Source: Vicugna vicugna (lineage: Eukaryota). From it: a DNA stretch of 64,000 nucleotides. Numbering within the stretch: position 1 is the first letter of the stretch; each line of letters begins with the position of its first letter. The position numbers and the translations under genes are program-made. Where the stretch lies: NCBI GenBank assembly GCA_013265495.1, contig MU058065.1, positions 2,085,003 through 2,149,002 of the forward strand. Direction: 5' to 3'. The notes under the pieces are model-generated. The model searched no databases. It was not told the origin of the DNA and saw only the letters and a program-made list of their open reading frames with translations. Positions 36,993 through 49,614 of this stretch are shown here, one piece after another.

Positions 36993-37309
36993 ACAAGTAA
37001 TTTGTGATGATTAATTGTAGTGGATACATTAATTCATTATATTGAATACTGAAATGTGTTGTACTGATTGTGTTAGGTCGCCAATGGAAAAAAATTGGTG
37101 AAATTTGGGGTTTCATACTGCCTTTATTTTTGGGTTTCATACTGAATTTTAAGCATTTTCTATTGAATAATCCAGACATATAATTTTTGGAGTGTTTTTA
37201 TCTTCTATTGCATCATCTGTAACTTTAGAAATGTCCTAACTTTCATTTTGAACATACAATTTTAGACCGAAGTGACAGCATTAGGTAACTTTGAAGGATT
37301 GACTTAAAA

Positions 37310-37542
37310 AATGTTATTGAAGTAGAGTTGCTGTACAATAGTGTATGTTACAGGTATGTAACATAGTGATTCACAATTTTTAAACTCCATTTGTAGTTAT
37401 TATAAAATAGTGGCTGCATTTACCATGTTGTACAATACATCCTTGTAGCTTACTTTTCATCCAATAATTTGTGCCTCTTTTTCCCTCACCCCTATAAATG
37501 CCCCTCCCTGCTTCCCTCTCCTACTGGTAACCACTAGTTTGT
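37310..37542 (-). mobile_element. L1 3' end (older lineage type)
   Basis: ttattgaagtagagttgctgtacaat...catagtgattcacaatt...ctggtaaccactagtttg. Confidence 0.8.
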
Positions 37543-38346
37543 GAGAAACAGATAATATCTGTGAGAAGTATTGAATTTCTTAACTCAAATATCTGATATA
37601 CTAACAGTGTACATAATTCACTAGAGGTCCAATATTTCCATATAGTGTGCTTTTATTCAGCCAATTCTTTTTGATATTTGAGTGACTAATTTGCAATAAA
37701 CTCTTATTTTCCCTTATTAAAAAAATCTGTTCCTATTTTTCTTAATCTTCTCAGAGCAAGCAGCACTTAGAAATAAGCCTGTGTTTCAAAGGGTTGAAAT
37801 ATCTCTTGGTACTTACTACCTCCTAAATCGGTAGAGAAATTGAAGAAGTGTCAGTGATTTACCTTACCTTCTGCATGTGTGAATGAAAGCTTAGTTTATA
37901 CTTCATATTTAATGTCAAAAGATATTAATTATGTCTAGAAAAACCCTAGGCACATAGTAAGTGCTTCATATATATTTGTTACATGAAGAAATATATTAAA
38001 TAATTAAAAGTAGTGTTTTTCCTATTTAGCTGCTTTTATTTTGTTTTTAATTTGCTTGAATGTATAGATCTGGCCTATTTCCAGGAAAGTTTATTTCTAG
38101 GTGTGCTTTGTCAAAGTCTTCTATTACAGGGCAATCCAATTGAGTGTATGACATATCACTATTATACAAATTCCCAATCAGAGAACCAGTCTGGCTTATG
38201 TCTAGCTCAGAATTTAGACCCATATGAATTTTATGCTTTCTTAGTTTTCATCCTTTTGACCTGGGCTCCAGGGCTAACTCTGCAGAGACTGAATTAAATA
38301 TGGCTTCCAGTTTGCAATGTATAAGAGACAAAAGGCTAAAATTCTT

Positions 38347-38843
38347 TTTTTTTTTAATTGAAGTATAGTCAGTTTACAATGTGTCCATTTTTGATGTACA
38401 GCATAATGTTTCAGTCGTGCATATGCATACATATATTTATTTTCATATTCTTTTTCATTATAGGTTACTGCAAGATATTGAATATAGTTCCCTGTGCTAT
38501 ACAGAAGAAATTTGTTGTTTATTTATTTTGTATATAGTAGTTAGCATTTGCAAATCTCTAACTCCCGATTTATCCCTTCCCACCCCCACCCCCCAGTAAT
38601 CATGTTTGTTTACTATGTCTGTGAGTCTATTTCTGTTTTGTAGATGAGTTCATTAGTGTCTTCCTATTTCTTTTCTTTTTTAAATCCCACATATATCATA
38701 TGGTATTTTTCTTTCTCTTTCTGGCTTACTTCACTTAGAATGACAATCTCCAGGTCCATCCATGTTGCTGCAAATGGCATTATTTCATTCTTGTTTAATG
38801 GCTGAGTAGTATTACATTGTATAAAAATATAACAGCTTCTTTG
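38347..38843 (-). mobile_element. 5'-truncated lineage L1
   Basis: Poly-T start, reverse-complement match to the 8818-9431 copy; TSD AAATTCTT at 38339-38346 and 38844-38851. Confidence 0.95.
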
Positions 38844-39938
38844 AAATTCTTAATGTATAAGTCATTTAAAATCAATGAAAAGGGCACTTCTGGGCAAGAT
38901 GGAGGGACAGGGACTAGATTTACTCTCCAGCCTGAAACAGCCAAAACACTGGGGAAAGTATATTAAATAAAGCTTTTTAAGACTTTAGACATTAAGCAAC
39001 AAGGGAGAGTGATCCTTGGGAAATGGGAAGAAAAACAGGGAAGGCCTATGATGACCCAGCTTACTGCTTGGATAGAGGCTTCAGGAAGCAGTGCAGGAAG
39101 GGAAACCAGTGCAGACCCCAGAGGTCTACTTGAGTTGAGAGACCAGGGATGGGAGCCTAGGGAGGCCAAGGTGGCTAGCGTTTGCTAAGCAGAGTCCCAG
39201 AAATAAGAGAGCAGCCCAGAGAGAAAGTTCTGGAGACCTACTGAAGGGCCCTCTTTTGTCTCCAGCTGAGTACTGATCAGGCCATGCAGGGAGGAAATGA
39301 CCTGAGACCAGGAAAAGAACCATTGAGAAGAGACAGTGGGAACACAGCACTGACCTCATGCAGCTTGGAATAGTTCGTGTTCCCGCGAGCCGAGGTGGAA
39401 AACCTCACAATTCATGGAGCACTAGGTAGAGTTCTCAGAAGGCTGTGTCTCGGTCAAATGACTGGGTAGGACGAGTCCCCTGTTGAGGAAAACCAGGAGC
39501 AGATCAAGCGCTGTTCTGGACCTGCCTCACAAAACTTAGAAGCAGGATCTGAAAGAACTGAAAACTGTTTTCAGATACAATAACTATGTTCCAGACCAAA
39601 GCTCACGAACATTTATAGGAATATAAAAATATCCAGAAGCTAACAAGTTAAAAAAAATCACATTTTTAGGCATTCAATTAAAGCATGCTAAGAAACAGGA
39701 AAATATGCCCATAGTGATAAAAAAAATTGATATCAACCCATAAAATAACCAGATGATAGAGTTGTTATGACTGTACCCCATATGTTCAAGGATCCAGTGA
39801 AAAGATTGCACCTGGAAGATATAAAGACATAAAAGACACAAATCAAACTTCTAGAAATGAAAACTACATTTTCTGAGATGAAAAACATACCAGATGGGAT
39901 TAATAGGTTAGCTAATGACCCCCACCCCAAAAGTTGAG

Positions 39939-40262
39939 AGCCATGTGCTGAACTGTGTTCCCTAAAATTCATGAGTTGAAGCCCTAACTCCCAAAGTGAT
40001 ACTACCTGGAGATAGGGCTTAATTAGGATTAAATGAGGTCATGAGGGTGGGGCTCTCACGATGGGGTTAGTGGCTTTATAAAAAGAGAGAGAGAGATCAC
40101 TCGCTCTCCATCATATAAGGACACAGCAAGAAGGTGGCCTTCTTAAGCCAGAAAGAGTGCTCTCACCAGGAACTAAATCACCTCCCAGCCTCCAGAATTG
40201 TGAGAAATAGATGCCGGTGGTTTCAACCACCCACCCTTTCTATGGCAGCCCAAGCTAAGACA
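39939..40262 (+). mobile_element. MLT1A0-like LTR nested in the old L1
   Basis: ctgaactgtgttccctaaaattcatgagttgaagccctaac...ggcagcccaagctaagaca. Confidence 0.85.
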
Positions 40263-40373
40263 ATTGATTAACTTGACATAGCAAAGAAACTAAAATGAAA
40301 CACAGAGAGGGAAAATAATCTTTTAAAAATGAGAAGAGATCATCAGTGAACTGTGGAACATATTTAAGTGGAG

Positions 40374-40376
<3 letters not shown>

Positions 40377-40404
<28 letters not shown>
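40377..40404 (+). repeat. (CA)14 microsatellite
   Basis: Perfect dinucleotide run. Confidence 0.97.
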
Positions 40405-40407
<3 letters not shown>

Positions 40408-41514
40408 GGAGTCTACGAAGGAAAAAGCAAGAACACAGAAGAAATATTTGAAAAATAATGTCTGCAAATTTGATTTAGAAAAAAACTATAAACTCATATA
40501 TTCAAGAGGCTCGACAAACCCCCAGCATAAGAACATGAAGAAAAATACAGGGAACATCATAACTATGTTCCTGAGAAACTGTGACAAAGAAAAATCCTAA
40601 AAGCAGCCAGAGGAAAAAGTGTACTTACCACAGAAGAACCAGGACAAGGATGACTGAAGATTTCTCACCAGAAGCAATTCACATCAGGAGACGCGTATTA
40701 GTGTGTTTAATGTACTGAAAGGAAAAAAAGCAATCTGTCAGCCTAGGATTCTATACCCAGTGAAATTAACTTCCAAAAACCAAGGCAAAACAAAGACATG
40801 CGGAGGTATACAAAAACTGAAAGACGTCGTCACCAGCATCAGACCGACACTGCAGTAAATGTTGAAGCAAGTCCTGCAGGCAGAAGGAAAGTGATACCTG
40901 ACGGAAATCAGGATCTAAGAAAAGGAATCTAAACAAAGAACACAGAAATGATGACAAAAGAACACTGGAACATACATGCCTAGGGATAAATGTGAAAGAC
41001 TTGTTAAAAAAATCATCGAACTATTTTTAAAAAATCATTGTTTAAAGCAAAAAGGATTACATTATGTTGAGTTTGTGACAGACATAGAAGCTAAACATAA
41101 GACAAAAATGGCACAAAGACCAGGAGAGAAATGTAAAGTTTTTATACTACGTACAAAACGGTATAACGTTCCTTGAGAGTAGACTGTGAGAAGTAAAGGG
41201 AGTATACTATAAACCTCAAAACGACTGCCATAGTGACATGGTAAATGGTTTAATAAACCAACAAAGGAGATTAAATGGAATTATGAGAAATACTTAGTAC
41301 AACAGAAGGGAGACAGGCAGGAGAAAAGAACCAAGGGACAGAAGGCACAAATGTAACATGGTGGATTTAAACCCCAGCTGTGTCAGTAATAATGTTAAAC
41401 ATGATGGTTTAACTCCAACTAAAAGGAAGAGATTTTCAGTTCAGATTAAAAAGACCCAATCAAATGTGCCTACAAGAAACACTTTAAAGACATAAATAGG
41501 CTAAAAGTAAAAAC

Positions 41515-41750
41515 TCAGCAGGAACAGATTGGTTAAATTACAGAATATTCATAAAATGGAATATTGTGCAGTTATTCACAATGTGGGTGGAGAAGTATAT
41601 TTACTGACTTGGAGAGATAATCATGATCTATTAAGGGAACTGTATGATCTAGGAAAAAAATTAGGAAAATTTCCCCCTAAATATTAGCATGATTATCTGT
41701 GGATGACAGGAGGTTTGGGGTGATTTAATGACTTTGTATTATGTGTTACT
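41515..41750 (+). mobile_element. Old L1ME-type 3' fragment
   Basis: ggttaaattacagaatattcataaaatggaatattgtgcagtt...tatttactgacttggagagat. Confidence 0.55.
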
Positions 41751-42017
41751 CATTATTAATAACCAACCTTGAAAATCAGCTGTCAGACTAACAATTAGGC
41801 CATGTGCCTTTCCTCTGACTATACCTCACATGACAAATACAAAAGATGGGTCGTGGTTTTAGCATTTCCCATTGCCCTCTGGAAACAGCAGTGAAACAGC
41901 TTTCCAACTTTTTGTAAAATAAACTTTGAGATGATCAAAGTATTTCTTCCCTTTTCATCTGGCATCTTCCTTTCCCTACACTTGACCTATGAGTAAATCT
42001 CCTAATTCAATGTAGAC

Positions 42018-42241
42018 CAATGGTTCTCAACCTATTTGTGGTGAAATTCTTAAAAAAAACTCCAGTCCATCTTTGATTATTTTGGTCTATTTGTAGTTGG
42101 ACAAAATGCTCCCCCTGGGAGCCCATACTTGGAAATCACAGCAATATTAAATTGTTATAAGTGCTTCTTGGTGCTTAATCTTAGTTTCTGTATTAAGATT
42201 GGTAACAAAATGTTTGCTGATCACACCTTAATGTAGCACCG
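42018..42241. mobile_element. hAT-Charlie MITE
   Basis: TIR-like ends caatggttctcaacc ... cacaccttaatgtagcaccg. Confidence 0.55.
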
Positions 42242-43563
42242 TTATAAACAACAATCATTGCACAGTGCATCATTCACTTAGTGCTAATAACTTAGTCCTA
42301 AACAATTCAGCGAGCACTCAGCAGTAAATTCAATGCAAGCTGAGTTGATAGAGGTTAGTTAGTAAGTGACAGCAAACTTTAAAAAGCCATAAAGTAGAAA
42401 CTTGAGTTGGGACAAACTTGCATCCAGGAGAATTAGGACCACATTGTTAAGCTTTGGATGCTAGCAGATCCCACAGCCTACCGCCTTACAGCGTTATACA
42501 ATGGCTCCACATTTCTGCAATTTTCATTTTTGGCATATGTATTTTTGTGTTAATATGAGTAACATAGTCAACTTACTTTAAATGTATGCTATAGAGAAGA
42601 TGTGTTGCATTCTTGGGTTCAATTTTTATTTCCTTTTGGAAGTCATTTCTCTTTTGAAGCAGTAGAATATATTCATTCCATTTTGAGAAGACAGTGGGAA
42701 AAGGCTTGCTATATAAAACCTTGCTTCACAGTTAACTTCCATATCTGTTCCACGGACTGAGGATTTTTTTTTAATATATTCTCCTTTCAAGCCCTTTCTA
42801 TAGATTTGTGAAAAGTTGAAGGGAGAAGAGAAGGAATGTGCATTCTCTCTGCTGAAGCAATTTAATGGTTCTGTTTTCAATTATTTTCATAGAATTTCCA
42901 TAAAATAGTTGAATAAGAAATGTTTTTGCCAGTTCTGGTGTCCAATCTTACTAAATAATATCAACATAGTTGGGCTAAATCTTATTTTTCCAGGATATGT
43001 AACTAATTCTCATTGCTGTTTCTATTGGCAGATATTTCCCCTCCTTAATCTGACTCTACATTTTATCTTCAAAGAATGGACCATTTTTCTGTCTGCTAAG
43101 AACACTATGAGACAGAAAAGTTGTTTTTTTTTAAATTTTCCTTCCCTTACAGTCAAAGCTACAAACTTTCAGACAGCCAAAAGCATTTCTCTTTTCAAAA
43201 TGAGTTCTGTGAAAGAGTTATACATTGGACTTGGAACTGTTTTTAAAAGTTTGATATCTAATTTTGGATTCACAAATCATTCAAATATTAAGTGCTGGGA
43301 CCATTAATAGCTGAAGGTGGAACATGGTCTTGTAGCTGAAAGTGAGGTTGAAGGAAAGGTGCTGAAATTTCTTATTGGGAAACAAGATAGTTCTGAACTT
43401 TTGCAAAGGCACCCCCCCTTCAATTTAACCTAGTAAAAACATATTCATTAAATCAAAGCCAAAAGATATTTCAATTTGTGAGGCTCAGACTGACAATGCT
43501 GGCATGCTTTGTTACAGTGGATTATCGCGAAGATTTAAGTTGCCTAGTTAAGATCAAGGATGT

Positions 43564-43695
43564 GGAGGTGGAGGGTGTAGATCAAATGGTAGAGTGCATG
43601 CTCAGCATGCATGAGGTCTTGGGTTCAATTCCCCAGGACCTCCATCAAAAATATAATTAAATAAATACACCTAATGCCCACCCCCTCAAAAAAAA
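43564..43695 (+). mobile_element. Camelid tRNA-Ala-derived SINE (Vic-1-like)
   Basis: gagggtgtagatcaaatggtagagtgcatgctcagcatgcatgaggtcttgggttcaattcccc; TSD core CAAGGATG at 43555-43562 and 43697-43704. Confidence 0.93.
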
Positions 43696-44320
43696 GCAAG
43701 GATGCAAATGTTTCCCTCCTGTATCTTAGCTATGGTTTAAGTCATCAAATCCTTTTGCGGTTTTCTGATGCCTAAGTATTTTGCGATTTGTTTCTCATTA
43801 TGAATTACACGTTTTCCTTTCATTACAAAATATTCTATAAATTATATGTTTAAACACTTTTCTTCCTTATCTTTTTCTTTTCTGCTTTCCCCAATCCTAG
43901 TCTAAAACAGCCTCACAAGCGTTCCCTTGTATGCTTTCTATTTATTAGTATTTTTCCCTGGTAAGTTTCCTTCCAGTCACTAGTCATGAAGTTGCTGACT
44001 AAAGACATTTTTACAAGTAGTTTTTAGTGGTATTTGACTATGGTTTGGATGTGGAGAGCAATTATAGGATTTGGAATTTTCACTAACATTGACTTCCTTG
44101 TATGTGCACTCAAGGGTATATCCTGATGTTTGAAAGATGGAAAATTATTAAGTGTGGGGAGATGAGGAGCTGGAGGAGGACAGGGAGTGGAAAAAAATGG
44201 TAGCAGACTTCCTTCCTTCCTGTGTCCATGAGTTACAAGCGCATTATCTACTCCCATCTGCCTTCAGGTAATTTAGCAAGTGAGGCCTGAAGATACAACA
44301 TTTAATCAGCCTCCCTTTTT

Positions 44321-44814
44321 AAACACCTTTATTATAGTATGGTTCCTGTGCAGTAAACTACGCATTTCAGATGTACACTTTGATGAGTTTTGATAGATGC
44401 ATATGCCAATGAAACCACCACCACAATCAAGAGATCTAACATTTCCATCACTCCCCAAGAAGTGCAATTCTCAAATTCCCAATTTATCCCTTCGCAACCA
44501 CTTTAACCCCTGGTAATCCTAAGTTTGTTCTCTATGTCTGTGAGTCTGTTTCTGTTTTGTAGGTAAGTTCATTTGTGTCCTTTTTTTAGATTCCACATAT
44601 AAGCAATATCATACGGCATTTTTCTTTCTCTTTCTGGCTTACTTCACTTAGAATGATGATCTCCATGTCCATCTACATTGCTGCAAATGGCATTATTTCA
44701 TTCCTTTTTATAGCTGAGTAGTATCCTATTGTGTATATATATACCACATCTTCCTTATCCATCATCTTTAATGGACATTTGGACAGTTTCCATGTCTTGG
44801 CTATTGTAAATAGT
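44321..44814 (-). mobile_element. Chimeric L1: lineage L1 body (44463-44814) joined to an old L1MB-type 3' end (44321-44460)
   Basis: 44463-44814 matches the 38347 and 8818 copies; 44321-44460 (gtacactttgatgagttttga...accaccaccacaatcaaga...aacatttccatcactcccc) is an older L1M 3'UTR. Confidence 0.8.
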
Positions 44815-44824
44815 TCAGCCCTCT

Positions 44825-45000
44825 TTTCTTCACACTCAGAGGCACTGCTGAATTCAGGCTCTCACCACTCTCACATCCCTGCAACAGCCTTCTAACTGAT
44901 GTCCTTGCCCTATGGTCTTGCCCTGCTACAAACCATCTCCTTCCTGTTACAGAAGAACTTCAGTTGTAGCCAGTTGGATCATGTCTATCCCCCTGTTTAA
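44825..45000 (+). mobile_element. LINE-2 fragment (target of the following L1)
   Basis: ctgcaacagccttctaactgatgtcc...ggatcatgtctatccccctgtttaaaa. Confidence 0.6.
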
Positions 45001-45008
45001 AAGTTCTT

Positions 45009-45620
45009 GCTCCTGGGCATATATCCAGAAGGAACCCTACTTCAGAATGACACCTGCACCCCAATGTTCATAGCAGCACTATTTACAATAGCCAAGACAT
45101 GGAAACAGCCTAAATGTCCATCAACAGATGACTGGATAAAGAAGATGTGGTTTATTTATACAATGGAATACTANNNNNNNNNNNNNNNNNNNNNNNNNNN
45201 NNNNNNNNNNNNNNNNNNNNNNNNNNNNNNNNNNNNNNNNNNNNNNNNNNNNNNNNNNNNNNNNNNNNNNNNNNNATAACATATGGCTCATATGTGGAAT
45301 CTAAAAAACAAACAAACAAACAAACAAACAAAGCATAAATACAAAACAGAAATAGACTCAGAGACATAGAACACAAACTTGTGGTTGCCAAGGGAGCGGA
45401 GGGTGGGAAGGGATAGAGGGGATTTCAAAATTGTAGAATAGATAAACAAGATTATAGTGTATAGCACAGGGAAATATATACAAGATCTTATGGTAGCTCA
45501 TAGAGAAAAAAATGTGACAATGAATATATATATATGTTCATGTATAACTGAAAAATTGTGCTTTACACTGGAATTTGACACAAAATTGTAAAATGATTAT
45601 AAATCATAAAAATTGTTTAA
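45009..45620 (+). mobile_element. Young 5'-truncated lineage L1
   Basis: LLGIYPEGTLLQNDTCTPMFIAALFTIAKTWKQPKCPSTDDWIKKMWFIYTMEY (ORF2 end); TSD AAAAGTTCTT (44999-45008) / AAAAATTCTT (45621-45630). Confidence 0.96.
45174..45275. other. Assembly gap (102 N)
   Basis: Run of N; the paralogous L1 has 98 bp (8963-9060) between the same anchors. Confidence 0.99.
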
Positions 45621-45759
45621 AAAAATTCTTCAGGAATGGGTCTCACCTTCCACTCTCACTGATGATGATAAAGACCAATCTATTTTACATGCTGTAGTAG
45701 CCAAGAAACTGGGCCTGCAGAAGACACAGACCCTTCTGAAAGATTTCAGCCCAGGAGCA

Positions 45760-45915
45760 ACTCATTACTTCTGATCACATGCCATTGTCTAGAACTTAAT
45801 CCCATAATCACACTTATTTGCAAGGAGGCTGGGGAATGTAGTCTATTAATGTAGTCTGAGGGAAAGAAGATAAGAATGTATTCTGGGGGGAGAGGTAGCC
45901 TTCTTTGCCACAGTA
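45760..45915 (-). mobile_element. Old MLT1 fragment
   Basis: acttctgatcacatgccattgtctagaacttaatc...tgcaaggaggctggggaatgtagtct. Confidence 0.65.
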
Positions 45916-48699
45916 TATTATTTTTTAAAGCTCTAAGCAATCACAACAAATGTTCATTAATTCAGAATTTCTCTCACTAGCAGAAAAATGGGAACTGACA
46001 TTTTTTGAGTTTACCATGTGCTTAGCATGGTTTTTCTGGGAGAAAGATTTGGTCTTACTCATCTTTCTTTCTCCTGAACTTAGCAGATTGTCTAGCACAC
46101 AGAAGAATCTTTGCTGAAATGAATTTTATGAAAATATGGGATTTTTTAAAATATGTGAATAATAATATCAGGCTTTCATAATCTTGTTTATTTTTTTCTT
46201 TTTTTCCCCCTGCTTTTCCCCCCATACCTGGACTGTTATTTTTCTTCCCTAGTGTTAGCCCTTATTATTATCCTCTTCTGGTCGACATTCACTAAAACAA
46301 GTTCTTCAAGCTAACTCGAAGGTGAGAGTTACTATTCTTCAACGGCTGCCTCAGACCGGCTTCTGGTTAGTTCTGTCCTTACTAGCAAGGCTATTCAGAC
46401 AAGTTTATGATTTTCATACATTTTATTGATGATGATTAAAGATTTTTTTTCTGGGTTATGTCTTAAGGAGAACGTTTAGGAGGATAGGGGGAACTGAAAC
46501 CCAAGTCATCAGCCCTCCAGGCAAGAGCATCTTCTTTCAAATTCCAGAAAGGCCTCTGCCACTCATTCCTCCTGCTTATTGTAACATAGATCATAGCCAT
46601 TCAGAGCTGAAATGTGGCTCAATGGCTCTGGTTCATCTCAGTGCCATTTCTCAGGAATTGAGAGAGAGAAGGAGGCAAAGAATAGTCTCATATCCTGGGA
46701 GGGTTAGACAAGAAGTTGTCCAGGTAGGGACTGAAGGGTTACAGAAGAGAGAGTGCTGGCTGGCGAAGGCAGGAGCCTCCTCTTAGCCAGCCAGGTGAGC
46801 CATATCACCGTGATGACTGATGAAGAGATAGCTATTGAAGCCAAATCCACCTGACATCCGGAAAGGAAGTGAGATTCTTCTGACTCAGACAATTAACAGT
46901 CACTTGGCAGCTACAGGACCAGCCTGGATTTTACCTTAAAGATTGCCAAGATCTCATGCGTTGTTCCGTTCCCCACCTTCTCTGCATCAATGAAACGTCA
47001 GTGTCATTTGTAATCTTGCCCTGGGTTGTCTAGGTTAGGTCGGTGGTGGGGAGGGGGCAATTTCCAGGTCTATCAGGCTGAGGGATCCCAAGGTCTCCCA
47101 TAAGCCATCCCTTAACGATCCCTGGGTAGTGTGACATGCCCTCCTCATCCTCACGCTGTTGGGGTGATGAGTGGCACTTCCATGGACTGCTGAGGGCTCT
47201 CGAGTCCCATCAGTGCACAGGGCCAGCCACAGTTTGCTTTTGACAAAGGTAGGATTCTAAACCCTAGGATACATACACTGGTAACTAGCCCCTCTGGCCA
47301 AAGATGCTGACCCCTTCCTCGTGTTCTTTAGGAAGAAGTGGCCAAATTTCATGAGACTGAAAAGATTCTCATGACAGGAGACTCATCTCTCTCAAGTAGA
47401 CTATCTAGAGCAAATGTCAACTTCACAAGAAGTTCTGGAACTATCTCTTACTTCCAACTTTAATATTGAAAACCTATTTCCTTGTCCATTTCCGGGAGTG
47501 GCTTAGCACTGTCTCAAGTGATTTATCAACAAGATGCCAACATTTCTCTCTCATCTTTGAAGCAGGACTCTTACGGAAAAGCAGATCTGTGTGAAGCTGG
47601 ATTCAACAGTGTCTGCGCCCACTCTAGGGAGCCTGGGGAGGGGTGGGGGCTGCTTCCTCTGAGAATCATCAAGAAAATTCGGAACAGGGAACTTGGAAGC
47701 ACTGAACTCTGAACTCTATTCAGGGAACCAAGTAAGAATTTTGGAGATGTCAACTTTTGCAGCAATTATGAACAGTTTGCTCTAAAGAACTCAGAGTAAG
47801 AATGAGCTGTCAATTATTTTCTCTAACATTTCCAGCCACAGCTTTTTTAAGCCGTTTTATAAACATTCCTCATGACTCCACAGCCAATTAGTTCTGCCTC
47901 CGAGCTTTGTAGTAATTGTTCATTAAGCAGACAGGCCACGCATTACTCCAACCCTCGGATCTGGCCATGAAATTGAAACTTTCCTGTCCTCACTATTTTG
48001 GACATTCCCGGAGTGACCCTAACCACCTTGTAAAGCTGAATAAACTGTCTAGATTTGAAGTGGTTGGTGATAAAATTGGTCAAGGAATAATGAGGATGAT
48101 ATCATGTCCGGGAAACCTCTTGCAAAAGAAAGTACTTTTAAAGGAAACACAAAAAGGGAATTTTCAAATACCATTTGACTTGTACCACTATGGAAAAAAT
48201 TTTTTAAGCTCTACAGGAAATGCATCTCAAAGTTGTTTACCCTAACTGTCTGAGAAGGCATGTGGGATGAATGAGTCCTGCTGTTCCTCTGAATTACCTC
48301 ACCGTGGATGCTGCTGCTGGGTACCCACAGCAGCAAAGCCCTGGGCATACGTCTAGTGAGTGGCTGTCACTCTTCCCCCTCAAGTTTGACCCGGAGCAAA
48401 GCTCTCCCTACTCCCACCCTTATAAACTCTGGAGTCACTGCATCTTCTGTGTTTATCATTTCTGCTGGCATCCGCCTGCCAGGACTACTCTGTTCATCTT
48501 CAGTTTAACAAAGATCATCCTAGGGAGAATCCTGAACCAAACATGAAGCATCATTCATTCATGTGACATGAAATAGGCTTTCTTTCTATGCCTTGGAGGA
48601 AAACTCCCAGGAGCCAAAATCAGTTCAGGACTTTTTAAATTTTTGAATTATGGGGACGAGCTTACCTAAGAAGGAAGTGATCTGCTATAGTGGGAAAAT

Positions 48700-48880
48700 C
48701 ATAGCCAGAAAGGAAACCTGGAGATTAGGGCTCAGTTTTTGGCTTTGACTCTCTCTGGTTGGGCAAATTTGGGCAATTTGCCTGTCCTCTCTGAGCCTCA
48801 GCTTTCTCACTTGTGAAATCAGGGGCTGTTAATGCGTCTCCCACAATGTCACGGTGGAGATTAAATGCCCCATCCCAGTG
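48700..48880 (+). mobile_element. MIR
   Basis: ttgggcaatttgcctgtcctctctgagcctcagctttctcacttgtgaaatcagggg. Confidence 0.75.
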
Positions 48881-49614
48881 CACGATCCGCATAGCTTCCC
48901 ATGTCCTTCATACTAGGCTCTAAAGTCCACCTGAATGGCTCTTCCTGAGACTATGTGAGTCCTCCTTCTCCCTCCCCCATCATTCATCTCGAGCCACAGA
49001 AAAAAGGAAGTAAATATTGGAGCAGGAAAATTATACACACTTCAAAAAATGAAGGGGCTAAGCTGCTTTTGTGAATTCTCTTCTAACTGCACGATGTGAC
49101 TCCCTGGGAAAAAAACTACATTTCATGGGCTATAAATCTGGCTCATAATTACTGAAGTTTCTTGAATTGCCTTTGAAAATATAATTAATTTTTCCTCTAT
49201 ACATCTAAGCATTAACAACTTACATAATTTTTCTCCTCCACATTTTTGACAATCTTTTCTTTCCCTACGTGATGGAAATCATTGCTCAAGCAGATGCCAG
49301 ATTGTCATGAGTCTAACAAATTTATCATAAATATATTTCATTTTTATCAAGGATTTGGCTCAGTCTGACAGAGAAATCCCAACACCAGTTAACTACCAGT
49401 CTTCAGGAAGTCATCCTTAGGGAAGATCGGCCCTCCCCCATCTTTTGCCAACAAAGAGTGAGTGTAAGTAGCTAAAACTATGTCCACGGAGGGCTTAAAA
49501 TCTTTTCACATCAGTTTCCCATTTGGGGTTCCAGTAAGACTCTTTGGGCTCCATAAGAGTGGAAAATGATTTGTGTGGATATAGGGTTTTGCTTAGAGAA
49601 AGGATGATGACTCA

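Larger units (their letters stand above)
38882..41512 (+). mobile_element. Old L1 (L1M4/L1MC-type) 5'UTR, ORF1 and start of ORF2, decayed
   Basis: Begins acttctgggcaagatggag...gatttactctccagcctgaaaca; ORF1-like aaaatcctaaaagcagccagagg and aggattctatacccagtgaaatta; ORF2-start-like tgcctacaagaaacac. Confidence 0.8.
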
